From the human T2T-CHM13v2.0 reference genome, Homo sapiens: a stretch of DNA of 64,000 bases. Under the pieces are notes generated by a model, which saw only the letters and a list, made by a program, of their open reading frames with translations, ran no database searches and had not been told where the DNA came from. Shown piece after piece: positions 13,093 through 26,787 of the stretch (position 1 is its first letter; every line of letters begins with the position of its first letter). Location of the stretch: NCBI RefSeq assembly GCF_009914755.1, contig NC_060939.1. One strand, given 5' to 3'. Position numbers and translations under genes: made by a program.

Positions 13093-13420
13093 TGTGATAG
13101 TTGACTTAAGTGTCAACTTGACGGAATTAAGGGATACCCAGGTAGCTGGGAAAACATTCATTATTCTCAGTGCTTCAGTAGGCACTGACCTTGTTCCTCT
13201 TCTGCTGTAAGGAAAATCCAGGTGGTTTAGCTTTCAATTAGAATGATTCGGCTACTCAGGTGTGTCTGTGAGGGTGTTTCTGGAGGAAATTGGCATGGGA
13301 GTTGGTAGACTGAGTGAGGAAGATCCTCCCCCAATATGGTGGGCATCATCCAATCAGCTGAGGTCCTGAATGGAACAAAAAGTCAAACAAAGAGCAAATT
13401 CACTCCCTCCTTCAGAGCCT
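13093..13420 (+). mobile_element. MLT2 (ERVL) LTR, 3'-truncated
   Basis: tgtgatagttgacttaagtgtcaacttgac...gtgtctgtgagggtgtttctggag. Confidence 0.8.
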
Positions 13421-13436
13421 GGATGCCCCCAAATGA

Positions 13437-13495
13437 CCCAAGACTTAAAATATTTACTATCTGGCCCTTCACAATGGAAGTTTGCCCATCCCTGA
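13437..13495 (+). mobile_element. MER58-like hAT terminal fragment
   Basis: taaaatatttactatctggcccttcaca...gtttgcccatccctg. Confidence 0.7.
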
Positions 13496-14173
13496 CCTAT
13501 GCCATCACCTTCCTCTGTTTCCCTTCATAGTGGTAAATCTCCAGTCTTCTCTTTGAAATGGAAGTATCATACCAGGAGCTTAACAGAGAAACTAAGTCAT
13601 GTGTGGCTGGCCATATCTATTTATCATGTACGTTATTGATACAGAAAAGTGTGTTATGGGAAGGTAAACTCCATATCAGCTAGACTTGGACTTTTCTTCT
13701 ACCAACACCTTAATGATGCTCAAGATCAAAGCATGCTGGCAGTACTCTCCACCTTCCTACCCATTCACTCTTCCCCTCTCCATGAGGCCCCAGTGGAATT
13801 TAAGTATATACATATAAGCATGTTCTAATTTATAGATGATCTCTCTCAGAAAAGTTATTTTTTAATCTCCCATGATGGTTAACCATAAAAATGGTATAGA
13901 AAATTCCTGAAAAAATACAAAAATATATTTTTGATCATTGGAAAATCCTTGAGAAGTCAATAAACAGGTTGTCAGTGGAAGCCTGATATAGGGAGAAGAT
14001 TGCTCATGTAGGTTCCAAAGAGATGAGGGACTCACAGCTGATATTCAGAGAATTCAAGAAAATTGTCTCACTTTAGATTCATGATGTGTTTGAGTAAGAA
14101 CTATGTCTAGGGTGAATTCCCACCCAGCCATCTAGAATGAAGCTTCTAAGATGAAGTGGAGAACAAAAAGCAC

Positions 14174-14226
14174 CACCATCTGAATGCACCCATCTGAATG
14201 CACCATCTGAATGCACCCGTCTGATG
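14174..14226 (+). repeat. 13-14 bp minisatellite (caccatctgaatg) x~3.5
   Basis: Read directly from the sequence. Confidence 0.9.
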
Positions 14227-14399
14227 TCCTAGGACCACCCATCCTCTCTCCCCCTGATTTGGAGGATCCCTGAAAAACAGGCAAAGGTATGCATGGGCTG
14301 AACCACTGATATGAGTAATTGGACACGCTCCTTCAATTATCTCCTACATCAAAGTCAAAGCAAGAAGAGGCCCCACCCTGTTCTTAGTCCTCTTTTTCT

Positions 14400-16740
14400 C
14401 CACAAAAGTAATGTGATATTTATCTTGCCCATGTATTTTTAAAAATATTTTAATACATCTGAATTTACATTAATATTGGTTATGTATTTTAATATAAATA
14501 AGTTTACTATATTGCATGTTTCATTCTACAGGTTGGCATTTCTAGTCAATACTATGTTTTTGTTTGTTTAGGTTGTTAATGTATCGATTTGCTTTTTAAG
14601 ATGTTAAAGTTGACATATATATGCATGATCTATTTGTTTTGATTGCTGTGTATTATACCATCCATTTGAGATATTCAGCTTACTTGCAATTTTCCACAGT
14701 TACAAGCATTGTTCTGCAGATATCTTTATAACCTTATATTATTTTGCTTATTTTTTATTGTTTTTTTCTTCAATACTAAGTATTCTCATGCACCTGACCC
14801 CACTAATCATTTACTTGTGATTGGTGTTGCAAATAGATATTGCCAACATAATGCTTTTTTCAACTTTTATTAATGGTTTTGTTACATTGAATTTTATACT
14901 TTTTGTGAGTTGAACTTATCCTAATTTCTCTTTGTAATTTTTGTATCTTATTTTAAAAATGATTTCTATCCAAATATTATCAATAGATTCTTCTATATTT
15001 TCTGAAGGCTTGGAAGATTTGCTTTCTTTAGTTATAACTGCAATCCATCTGAAAGTATTGTTGCATCTAATTACTTTTCCAATGTGAATATCCAGTGGTC
15101 CCAATGCTACATATGATATAGTCCATCATTTCTGTACTAGTTTGCAGGGCTACCTCTGTCATATATCAAGGTCATATGTATACCTGAGTCTGCTCCTGGG
15201 ATTTCTATTGTTGGTTTATTTATTCTAATATTTTAGAATCAATTTGTCCAATCCAATAAAAAAATCCTTTGAGGATTTTAGCTGTCATATAATTTATTTT
15301 ATAAACCTAATTAGATAGGATTATCTATTTATACTGCTAATACTTCCCGTTCAAACATAATAATTTTTCTTAATTTAGAATTTTTCTTTTGTTAGATTTG
15401 GGACTAAGGAACTCATTGGTAATTTGGGGTATATAGGACACTTACAAGGTTTTGTATTATTGTTATGATGGTCTTATAGCTAGCAAACTTGCTGAACTTC
15501 CTTAATAATCTTAATAGTTTGACTAGATTGTTTTGTATTTTTCTGTATTAGAAAATCATATTGTTGGCCAGATGTGGTGGCTCATGCCTATATTCCCAAC
15601 ATTTTGGGAGGAAAAGGAAGGAGGATCACTTGAGCCCAGGGGTTTGAGACCAACCTAGACAACAAAGTGAGACCCCATCACTACAAAACAATTTTTAAAA
15701 ATTAGCCAGGCATAGTGGTGCACGTGTATAGTTCCAGCTATTCGGGAGGCTAAGGTGGGAGGATTGTTTGAGCCTGAGAGTTCAAGGCTGCACTGAGCCA
15801 TGGTAATGCCACTGTACTCCCACCTAGGCAACAGAGAGACCTTGTCTCAAAAAATATATACTGTATTTCCGAATAATGTCAACTCTTCCATTCTAACATT
15901 AATATCTATTTCTTCTATTAGTCTTATTGCATTATCTAGAACATCCAACACTATGATGACTGGTAGCAGTAATAGCAGGGATCCTTGTCTTGTTCCTGAT
16001 TTCAAGTAGTTGAATCTTAAGAATTTTACTTGTTTTATGGTATTAATAGAAACCATTTAACCAAGTTAGGAAGTCCCTTTCCATTTATAGTGAACTTAAA
16101 GTTTTTATCATCAATAGGGTTGAATATTATATGATGACTTTTTTCTTTATCTATGGAGCTTTTAATGTTTTTCCTTAATCTGGTAATTTAGTAATCACAT
16201 CAATAGACATTCTAGCATTGCACCATTCTTTCATGCCTGGGTTAAACTCTACTTGTTTGTGATAAATTATTTTTAATACATTGCTAGATTTGGCTATCTT
16301 TCTAATTTAGTTTCTGAATTATTGCAAATATAAAGATTACATTTTTCCCTTAAGCTTTGGTAAACCATCTGAGCCTGATACCTTCAGAGAATCTACTGTT
16401 TGTTTTTTTATTCCTTTTGTTTGTTTGTTTAGTTTTTGTTTTCATTTACCCTTTTTTAAAAAAATCATTCTTGATGTAAGAAATTTTTAGCTTGTATTTA
16501 CTCACTCATTTTTAGCCCTTTGTTTTCTAATATAAGCATATACCATTTAGATTTCATTCAAAAGATACTCTTACAGCTACATTTGCAAGTTTTATTATAT
16601 AAAACAATTATTGTTGCTTAGTTTGCTGCTTATTGCTAAATCACTAAGTCCCATTAAGATTTCTCCTGTAACTCATGAATTATTAAATGTATTTTGTCTT
16701 TACATTTACATAAAGGAGAATTCACGATTACATTCATAAA
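14400..16740 (-). mobile_element. Ancient L1M fragments
   Basis: T-rich decayed ORF2; minus-strand ORF 15847-16056 contains SGTRQG (L1 RT motif). Confidence 0.7.
15566..15854 (+). mobile_element. AluJ (Jo/Jr-like)
   Basis: ggaggatcacttgagcccagg; ttcaaggctgcactgagc. Confidence 0.9.
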
Positions 16741-16741
16741 C

Positions 16742-17786
<1,045 letters not shown>

Positions 17787-18275
17787 GATTTTGTTTGTGA
17801 AAGTATAATTAAATACATTGGTGCCATTATTATTTTGAACAAGCTCTTATATGATAGATTAGTTAAGAATTAAAAAATTAAAAGTTTCATTTTACCTGCA
17901 CTTATTCCGTCTTTGATGCTTTTGTCTTCTTTATGTAGATCCAAGTTTCTGATCTGTATTATTTTATTTCTCTCTAAAGAATGTCTTGTAACATTTCCTG
18001 CAAGGCAAGTTACTGGCAATAAATTCCCTCAGTTTCTGTTGGTCAGAGAAAGCATTTATTTCTCCTTCACTATTAAATGATAATTTTGCAGTTTATAGAA
18101 TTCTAGGTTGGTGGGTTTTTTTTTTCTCTCTCTCTCTCAACACTTTAAATATTTCACGACATTCTCTTCCTGCTTACATAGTTTCTGAGAACTCAAATGT
18201 AATTCTTATTTTTGTTCCTCTATAGGCAAGTTTTTCTTTTTCTTCTATTTTTCTTCTAAATTTTTAAAAAATTTT

Positions 18276-18569
18276 GGCTCGGTGCAGTGGCTCACGCCTG
18301 TAATCCCAGCACTTTGGGAGGCTGAGGCCGGTGGATCACGAGGTCAGGAGTTCAAGACCAGCCTGACCAACATGGTGAAACCCCATTTCTACCAAAAATG
18401 CAAAAATTAGCTGGACATGGTGGCACATGTCTGTAATCCCAGCTACTCAGGAGTCTGAGGGATGAGAATCGCTTGAACCTGGGAGGCGGAAGTTGCAGTG
18501 AGCCTAGATTGCACCATTGCACTCCAGCCTGGGCGACAGAGTGAGACTCAGTCTCAAAAAAAAAAAAAA
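18276..18569 (+). mobile_element. AluS (Sg-like)
   Basis: ggatcacgaggtcaggagttc; A tail. Confidence 0.9.
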
Positions 18570-18574
18570 GCAAA

Positions 18575-19315
18575 TTATTTTAAATATTTGTGGGTACATA
18601 ATAGGTGCATATATTTAAGGGGTACATGAGATGTTTTGATGCAGGCATGTTTTGTGAAATAATCATATCATGGAGAATGTGGTATTCATTCCCTCAAGCA
18701 TTTATCCTTTGAGTTGCAAACAATCCAGTTCCAGTTTCTAAGTTACTTTAAAATACATAACTAAATTGTTATTGACTATAGTCACCCTGTTGTGCTGTCA
18801 AATAGTAGTTCTTATTCATTCTTTCTATTTTTTTATACCCATTAACCATCCCGACCCACCCCCTCAAAACCCCCCACTACCCTTCCCAGGCTCTGGTAAC
18901 CATCATTCTACTCTCTATGTCCATGAGTTCAACTGGTTTGATTTTTAGATCCCACAAATAAGTAAGAACATGTGATGTTTGTCTTTCTGTGCCTGGATTA
19001 TTTCACTTAACATAATGATCTCCAATTCCAACCATGTTGTTGCAAATGACTGGGTCTCATTCTTCTTTATGGCTGAATAGTACTCCATTGTGTATATGTA
19101 TTTTCTTTATCCATTCATCTGTTGATGGATACTTGGGTTGCTTCCAAATCTTAGCTGTTGTAAGCAGTGCTGCAACAAACAGGAGTGTAGATATATTTTT
19201 GATACACTCATTTCCTTTCTTTGAGGCATATACCCAGCAGTCGGCTTGCTGGATCACATGGTAGCTAAATTTTTAGTGTTTTGAGGAACCTCCAAACTGT
19301 TCTCCACAGTAGGTG
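18575..19315 (-). mobile_element. L1MA (L1MA2-like) 3' end, 5'-truncated
   Basis: ggggtacatgagatgttttgat...; minus-strand ORF LFVAALLTTAKIWKQPKYPSTDEWIKK. Confidence 0.85.
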
Positions 19316-19339
19316 TATTCCTCTATAGCTAAGGTTTTT

Positions 19340-22000
19340 TCCTTCAATTTTTCTTCTATTTTTTTTTTTAATTTTTAAAATTTTTATGGGTACATAGTAG
19401 GTGCATATATTTAAGGGGTACATGAAATGTTTTGACACAGTCATGTGATATGAAATAATCACATCATGGAGAATGGGATATCCATCCCCTCAAGCATTTA
19501 TCCTTTGAGTTACAAACAATCTAGTTACACTTTTCGAGTTGTTTAAAGGTATATAACTAAGTTATTATTGACTATAGTCAACCATGATGTGCTGTCAAAT
19601 AGTAAGTTGTATTCGTTCTTTCTATTTTTTCTGCACCCATTAACCACCCTACCTCTGCCACAGTCCCCTACTACCCTTCCCAGGCTCTGGTAACCATCCT
19701 TCTACTCTCTATGTCCACAATTTCTGCTTGATTCTTTTTCAGTATTTCAATCTCTTTGTTAAATTTATCTGATAAAATTCCAAATTCTTCCTCTGTGTTA
19801 TCTCAAATTTCTTTGAGTTTCCTCAACGCAGCTATTTTGCATTTTCTGTCTGAAAAGGTCACATATCTCTGTTTCTCCAGGATTGGTTCCTGCTGGCTTA
19901 TTTAGTTCGCTTGGGGAGGTCATGCTTTCTGGATGGTGTTGATGCTAGTAGATGTTCTCTGGTGTCTGGGCATTGAAGAGTTAGATATTTATTTCAGTCT
20001 TCACTGTCCGGGCTTATTTGTAGGCAACCTTCTTGGTAAGGCTTTCTAGTTATTTGAAAATACTGGAGTATTGCGATCTAAGCTTTATCTGTTATAGGGG
20101 GCATCCCAAGCCCCCTATAATCTGCAAGAACACTGTGGTTCTTGCAGATTCATAGAGGTACAGCCTTGATGATCTTAGACATGATCTATAAGAATTCTCT
20201 GGATTACCAGGCAGAGACTCTTGTTCTCTTCCTTTACTTTCTCCTAAACATACAGAATCTCACTGTTTGTTCTGAGCCAAGTAAAGCTGGAGGATGAAGT
20301 GACACAAACACCTCTGTGGCCACCACTAATATGACTATGCTGAGTCAGATCTGAAGCCAGCACAGAACTAGGTCTCGCCCAAGACCTGCTTTAACCACTA
20401 CCTGGTTACTCTCTGTGTTCACCTAAGGTCCTGGGGACTCTACAGTCAGCAGGTGGCAAAGGCAGCCAGGCCCATGTCTTTCCTTTCAGGGTGGTGAGGT
20501 CACCCAGGCCCCAGGTGGCTCTAGAAGTGCTATCCAGGAGTCAGGGACTACAGTCATAGACCTTAGAAGTCTACCTGGTGTTCTATTGCCTTGTGGCTGA
20601 GATGGCACTCAAATCATAAGATGTAGCCCTCGGCACTTTTCCCTCCTCTCTCCAAAGGCAGAGGAACCTCACTCTGTAGCTGCCACCACCCCAGGCCACA
20701 GGAAGTACTGTCAGACTACTGCTGATGTTCACTTAAGGCCCAAGGTCTCTTAAGTCAGATTCTTCTGAATGCTGCCTGGCCCAGGACTCACCCTTCAGTG
20801 CAGTGGACTCCCCTCTGGCCCAAGGCAGGTCCAGGGATGCCATCTAAGAGTCAAGTCCTAGAATCAGGGACTCCAAAAGCCTGCTTGGTGCTCTACTCCT
20901 CTGTGGCTGTGCTGGTACCTAAGATGTAAGAAAAAGACCCTTTTACTTTTCCATATGCTTTTCTCAAGCAAAAGGAGTTTGGCCCCATAGCCACCACAGC
21001 TGGTAATGTGCTGAGTCTCTCCTGAAGCCAGCGAGTCTCAGAGGCTCACCCAAGTCCCTCAATGTAGAACCTGGGTATCGCTGCTGGTTATTTAGGGCCC
21101 AAGGGCCCTTCAGTTAGCAGGTGATGAATGCTGCCAGGACTAGGTCCTTCCCTTCAAGGCAGTGGGTTCTCCTCTTGCCCAGGGTGTGTCTAGAAATGCC
21201 ATCTGGAAGCTAGGGCATGGAATGGGGGACTCACGATTCTGACTGGCGCCCTATCCTACTGTGGCTGAGCTGGTATCTTAGACGCAAGACAAATTCCTCC
21301 GCACTCTCCCTCTCCTCTCTTCAAGCAGAAGGAAGAGGTTTCCTTTGAAGCCTCAAGCTGTGCAGCCTGGGTTTGGATCAGGGGGTGGTGTGATGCCGAC
21401 ACTCCTTTGGCTGTCCCAGCTGGTGTCTTAACACGTTGTATGCACCCTCAGTCCACTGTCTCGGCCCAGTTCACCACTAGGTCTTGCCTAAGAGTTGCAG
21501 TCCTTATGGACTCGATTGCCTTTCAACTTTATGTGGAGACACAGGCTGCTGTAGCCGTCAGTGGCAAGATTTGCAGGCACTCAAGTTTGGACAAGTGGGA
21601 TCAGTGATCCCCTTCTGGCTAGAGCTGGTTTAAATTCTCCCTCCATGAGTGGCTGACAGCAGAGTTTGGTCCATTTTTTCTTTCTATTCTAACAGGACAG
21701 AACTGGGTTTAATGCCTCACAATTGCTGTGTTTTCCCTCCCCCAGTGCCCTGAGATACTCTGCACACCAACCTGCTGCTACTGGGGATGCAAGAAGGGTG
21801 GGGTCAGTAATTCAATACTGTTTTTTTCTATCTCTTCAGTGCCCCTTTTAGCAATATGAGGCTAAAACCAGGCACTGTCAGTGCTCACCTGATTCTTGGT
21901 TCTTATGAGGTGTTCTTTTCTGTGTAGATAGTAGTTAACTTGGTATCCCTCCGGGGGGATGATTGATAGAGCTTTCTATGCTGCCATCTTGCTCTGCCTC
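19340..22000 (-). mobile_element. L1MA with intact 5' terminus and 3' end but most of ORF1/ORF2 deleted
   Basis: 3'UTR 19370-19718 fused to ORF1-start/5'UTR; 5' terminus in sense reads gaggcagagcaagatggc (YY1 motif). Confidence 0.75.
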
Positions 22001-22597
22001 GGTAAGGTGTTTTTTATCCAGCTTCTTTATGAGAATTTTTCTTTATCTTGGATTTTCTGTAGTTTGAAAATGATCCATCTAAGTAGTTTTTTGGGACATT
22101 TTTCTGGCTTGTTGTTCTCTGAGTTTCCTAGATCTGTGGTTTGGTGTCTGACATTAATTTGGGGGAAATTCTCAGTCACTGTTTCTCAAGATATGTCTCT
22201 ATTCCTTTGTCTTTCTTTTCCTTCTGATCTTCCCATTGCAGATATATACACCTTTGGTAGCTGTCCCACAGTGCTTGGATGTTCTAGGGCTGTTTTTCAG
22301 TCTCTGTTCTCTTTACTTTTCCATTTTGAAGGTTTCTATGGATATTCTCAAGCTCAGAGATTCTTTCCTCAGCTGTGTCCAGTCTAGTAATAAGCCTATC
22401 AAAAGCATTCTTCATTCCTATTACAGTGTTATAGTTGGTTTTTAATCTCTAGCATTTCTTTTTTTCTCATAGAAGTTCCATTCTCTGCTTGTATTGCCCA
22501 GCTGTTCTCGCATGCTATCTACTTAGCCATTAGAACCCTTAGCACATTGATCAAAGCTGTTTTAAATTCTAGGTATGATAATTCCAACATCCCTGCC

Positions 22598-22867
22598 ATG
22601 TCTGGCTCTGTGCTTGCTCTGTCTCTTCAAATTGTGTTTTTTGCCTTTTAGTATGCCTTGTAAATTTTTTTTTAAACCAGACATGATGTACTGGGTAAAG
22701 GAACATTAAAGTTTGGAGGAGAGGAAGCATTTATGTCTGGCTCTGTGCTTGCTATGTATCTTCAAATTGTGTTTTTTTGCCTTTTAGTATGCCTTCTAAT
22801 TTTTTTTCAAGCCAAACATGATGTACTGGGTGAGGGACATTAAAGTTTGGGAGAGGGGAAGGATTCT
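22598..22867 (+). repeat. 135-bp tandem duplication (2 copies, ~90% identical)
   Basis: atgtctggctctgtgcttgct... starts at 22598 and 22733. Confidence 0.92.
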
Positions 22868-23621
22868 ATAGTGCCGTGATTAGGTCCCAGGTTTTTGGTG
22901 AACCTGTGCCTCTGGACTTTGAATTTCACAAATATTTCTTTCTGTTTGTTTGTTTTTCTAATTTTATTTTCTCCCTCCTTAGATAGGACAAGATATCCAG
23001 AGTTGGCTACAACTGATATTTTCCTTTTCCCAGGTCAATTAGGATCTAGTAAAACCCCAGCAGTTTAAGCTCTGGTTAAATAGTTCCTCTCTGGTGTATT
23101 TCAAAATAGTTATTTTTTCCCTTTCCCTGTTGGAAACATGAGGGGAATTTTCCCTGATATATTATTGTGGGAACTTGGTTGTGCTCCTGGAGGTAGGGGT
23201 CACAAAAGCGTGCACCCCACCCCAAAACGGGGTCCCCCTGGAGTTTTTAACTCAGACTTGTCCACATTGAGTCCCCAAGAAACAATTCGTCAATTACAGT
23301 TAAGCCTTTCCTACCCCAGTACTGTTTCCCAAGGAGGTTTCTGCTCCAGCACGTTGTGATTCTCTTCACCTGCCTGCATGTTTCTCCAATTGGGAGAGCA
23401 GGAGTTTGCCCTCTGAGCTCACTTCTCTTAAGACCTAAGAAGATACATGATTTTTCAGTTTGTTCAGCTTTTTACTTGTTAGGATACAGTGGCCACTTCC
23501 AAGCTCCTTGCATGTGGTATGGAAAAATCAAATTCAATATATGTCTTTTTAATATTTAATACTAAAAAATGACAAAATGGGACATACTCCAAAGCACTTC
23601 TACATATTAAATACAACGTGT

Positions 23622-24406
<785 letters not shown>

Positions 24407-25140
24407 TTTTGTTGTTATTGTTATTGTTTGCTTTTAAGGAAAATCACTTGTGGAACTGTTTGATTCGCAAGCTGAATTAACCATTTTTTAAATGGAACAT
24501 CAGTTTTTCATAAACAAAAGATAGAAAAACTACTGGTAATTCACCATGGATATTTGGCAGATACTTTCTTGATGATAAAATAAGTGAGCCTGTAGTTTTC
24601 AAGGACAACTAATAGTGCAATAATTTTGCTCCTGAAAAAACATAAGTTTGCAAACCTTGTTTCTTGATCTTGACAGCTTCTCAATTTTTAAAAAGTTTTT
24701 GATGAGACTGGTGTTGATATTAAGAAATATAAGTGTTTGATATTGTATACTCAAATGTGTTAATATTTGGATGATCTATATAACTTAGTAACACAATATT
24801 TTTTCAAACAACCAACACATAATGTTTCAAAACCATGCATGTGTAAAACAACCATTGAAAGTGCAAGATAAAATAATAGATTTTAATAGTATAGAATATG
24901 AATATTACATTGATTTTTTAAAAAATTCTACATTGCAACTAATTTTTAAGAAACCATGACTTATAAAGTTTTAGTATATTATTTAAAAATCATATCTGAA
25001 ATTATCTTCTAAGCCTATTAAAATGGTTTGTCTTGTCCAAACTACATTTAGGTGTGAGGCTAGATTTTCTTCATATATTTTAACTAAAATAATATATTTT
25101 AACTGGTTATACACAGAAACATATATGAAAATATAGCTGA

Positions 25141-25440
25141 TTTATTTATTTATTTATTTGAGACAGAATCTTGCTCTGTCACCCAGACTGGAGTGGAGTG
25201 ATGCCATTTTGGCTCACTACAACCTCCGCCTTCCAGGCCCAAGGGATTCTCTTGCCTCAGCCTCCCGAGTAGCTGGGATTACAGGCAGCTGCCACTGTGC
25301 CCGGCTGATTTATGTATTTTTAGTAGAGACAGGGTTTCTCCATGTTGGCCAGTCTGGTCTCAAACTCCTGGCCTCAAGTGGTCCACCTGCCTCGGCATCC
25401 CAAGTGCTGGGGTTACAGGTGTGAGCCACCACGCCTGGCC
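25141..25440 (-). mobile_element. AluS (Sx/Sz)
   Basis: TSD tagctgattt; (TTTA)n tail. Confidence 0.92.
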
Positions 25441-26078
25441 CTAGCTGATTTCTACTCGTTTAAACACTATGTAATTTTTTAAAATAGAAAGCAATATAAC
25501 TGTTCTTACTAATTTTTGTTTGTTTTGGAAAACAGTTACTTTCATAAGAATAAATTATTTATGTTAACATTAATGTGTTTATTTTTACTTTTAGATGAAT
25601 TAATAACTAAATAAATATAAAACTTCTTAGTTTAATTTCTATTATGATAAATATCAACAGATAAAACCTACCTAAACAAAAGTTCTCTGGAGTTGTCAAT
25701 AATTCTTAAGAATGTACAGTGTCCTAAGACCAAAAATTTGAGAACTGCTATATTAACATATTAAAGACCATGGGGAGTCCAGTGGTATAGAGACTGGCTT
25801 AACTTTGGTAAAGCCCAGTCTTTTTCAAATATATTTGATCAAACTTTACTTTCACATGCAGTGTCCTTATCTCTAGAAATATGTATTCTGTAAGGCAGAG
25901 TTGGGAAAATTCTTGCACAGAGAATGATCTTACCTCTTGTAATTCTTAAATTACTAAATCTTCAAATCCCTAGATCTTGAAAAAAAGTCATCCCATTCAG
26001 TTTTATCATTTCCCCCAGTGTTCCTGAATGTTTTAGCCAAAATTGTCTTTGTGATGAATACTATCTTTTGTCCACATA

Positions 26079-26787
26079 TGTAGGAAAGAAATTAACCTTG
26101 CCCAAAGAAAGGTCTGACCTTTACTCTTGGCTCCTGAGAAGTAACCTCTAAGTCCTTGAAATGTCCTACCTGATGGAAATATCTTTGTTTCCTTGTAGGT
26201 CTTGGGACACACTAGATTGTTTAACCGTGTGATTTCAAATGAGGCTGGCCATACCCCATAGTCTTAGGAAGGGAGCTAGCCAAATGAGAAACTCAAAAAA
26301 TATGATTTATGGTGAGGACTTTGGGTCCCACCCAGAGAGGCTGGAAACTAGACACTAGGAACAGCCATTTGAGTTAACAATGATGCCTACATAATGGAAC
26401 CCAAATAAAACCTGTAGTGATGGGGCTCAGGTGAGCTTCTCTGGTTGGCAATCCTGTGTGCATGCTGTCACACGTCAATACCAGGAGAGTAATACTGTCC
26501 TGACTCCACAGAGATAGGGCAATGAGGACACTTCACATTAGGTGCTTCCCTAGACTTTGCCCTGTGTGCTTCCTCCTTTGTCTAATTTTAACTTTTATTG
26601 GTTTCAGTGTAATAAATCTTTGCAAGAAGTACAACAGTTCTCGGTGATTTCTGTGAGTTTTCTAGTTAGTGTATGATCAAACATGAGCATGCTTTATGGG
26701 GAGCCCCCAAATTGCAATTTGTGTGAGAAATAAAAGGGAAATTGTGTGGACTGCTCCCTTTAACTTTGCAGTTGGCTAAACTCTTCA
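26079..26787 (+). mobile_element. MER21-family solo LTR
   Basis: tgtaggaaagaaattaaccttgcccaaaga...; ggctcaggtgagcttctctggttggcaat; TG...CA ends. Confidence 0.8.

Larger units (their letters stand above)
17787..23530 (-). mobile_element. Old L1MC/MD-type host element (ORF1/5' region), split at ~18235/22001 by a compound L1MA
   Basis: ggcaataaattccctcagttt; resumes as ggtaaggtgtttttt at 22001. Confidence 0.65.
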
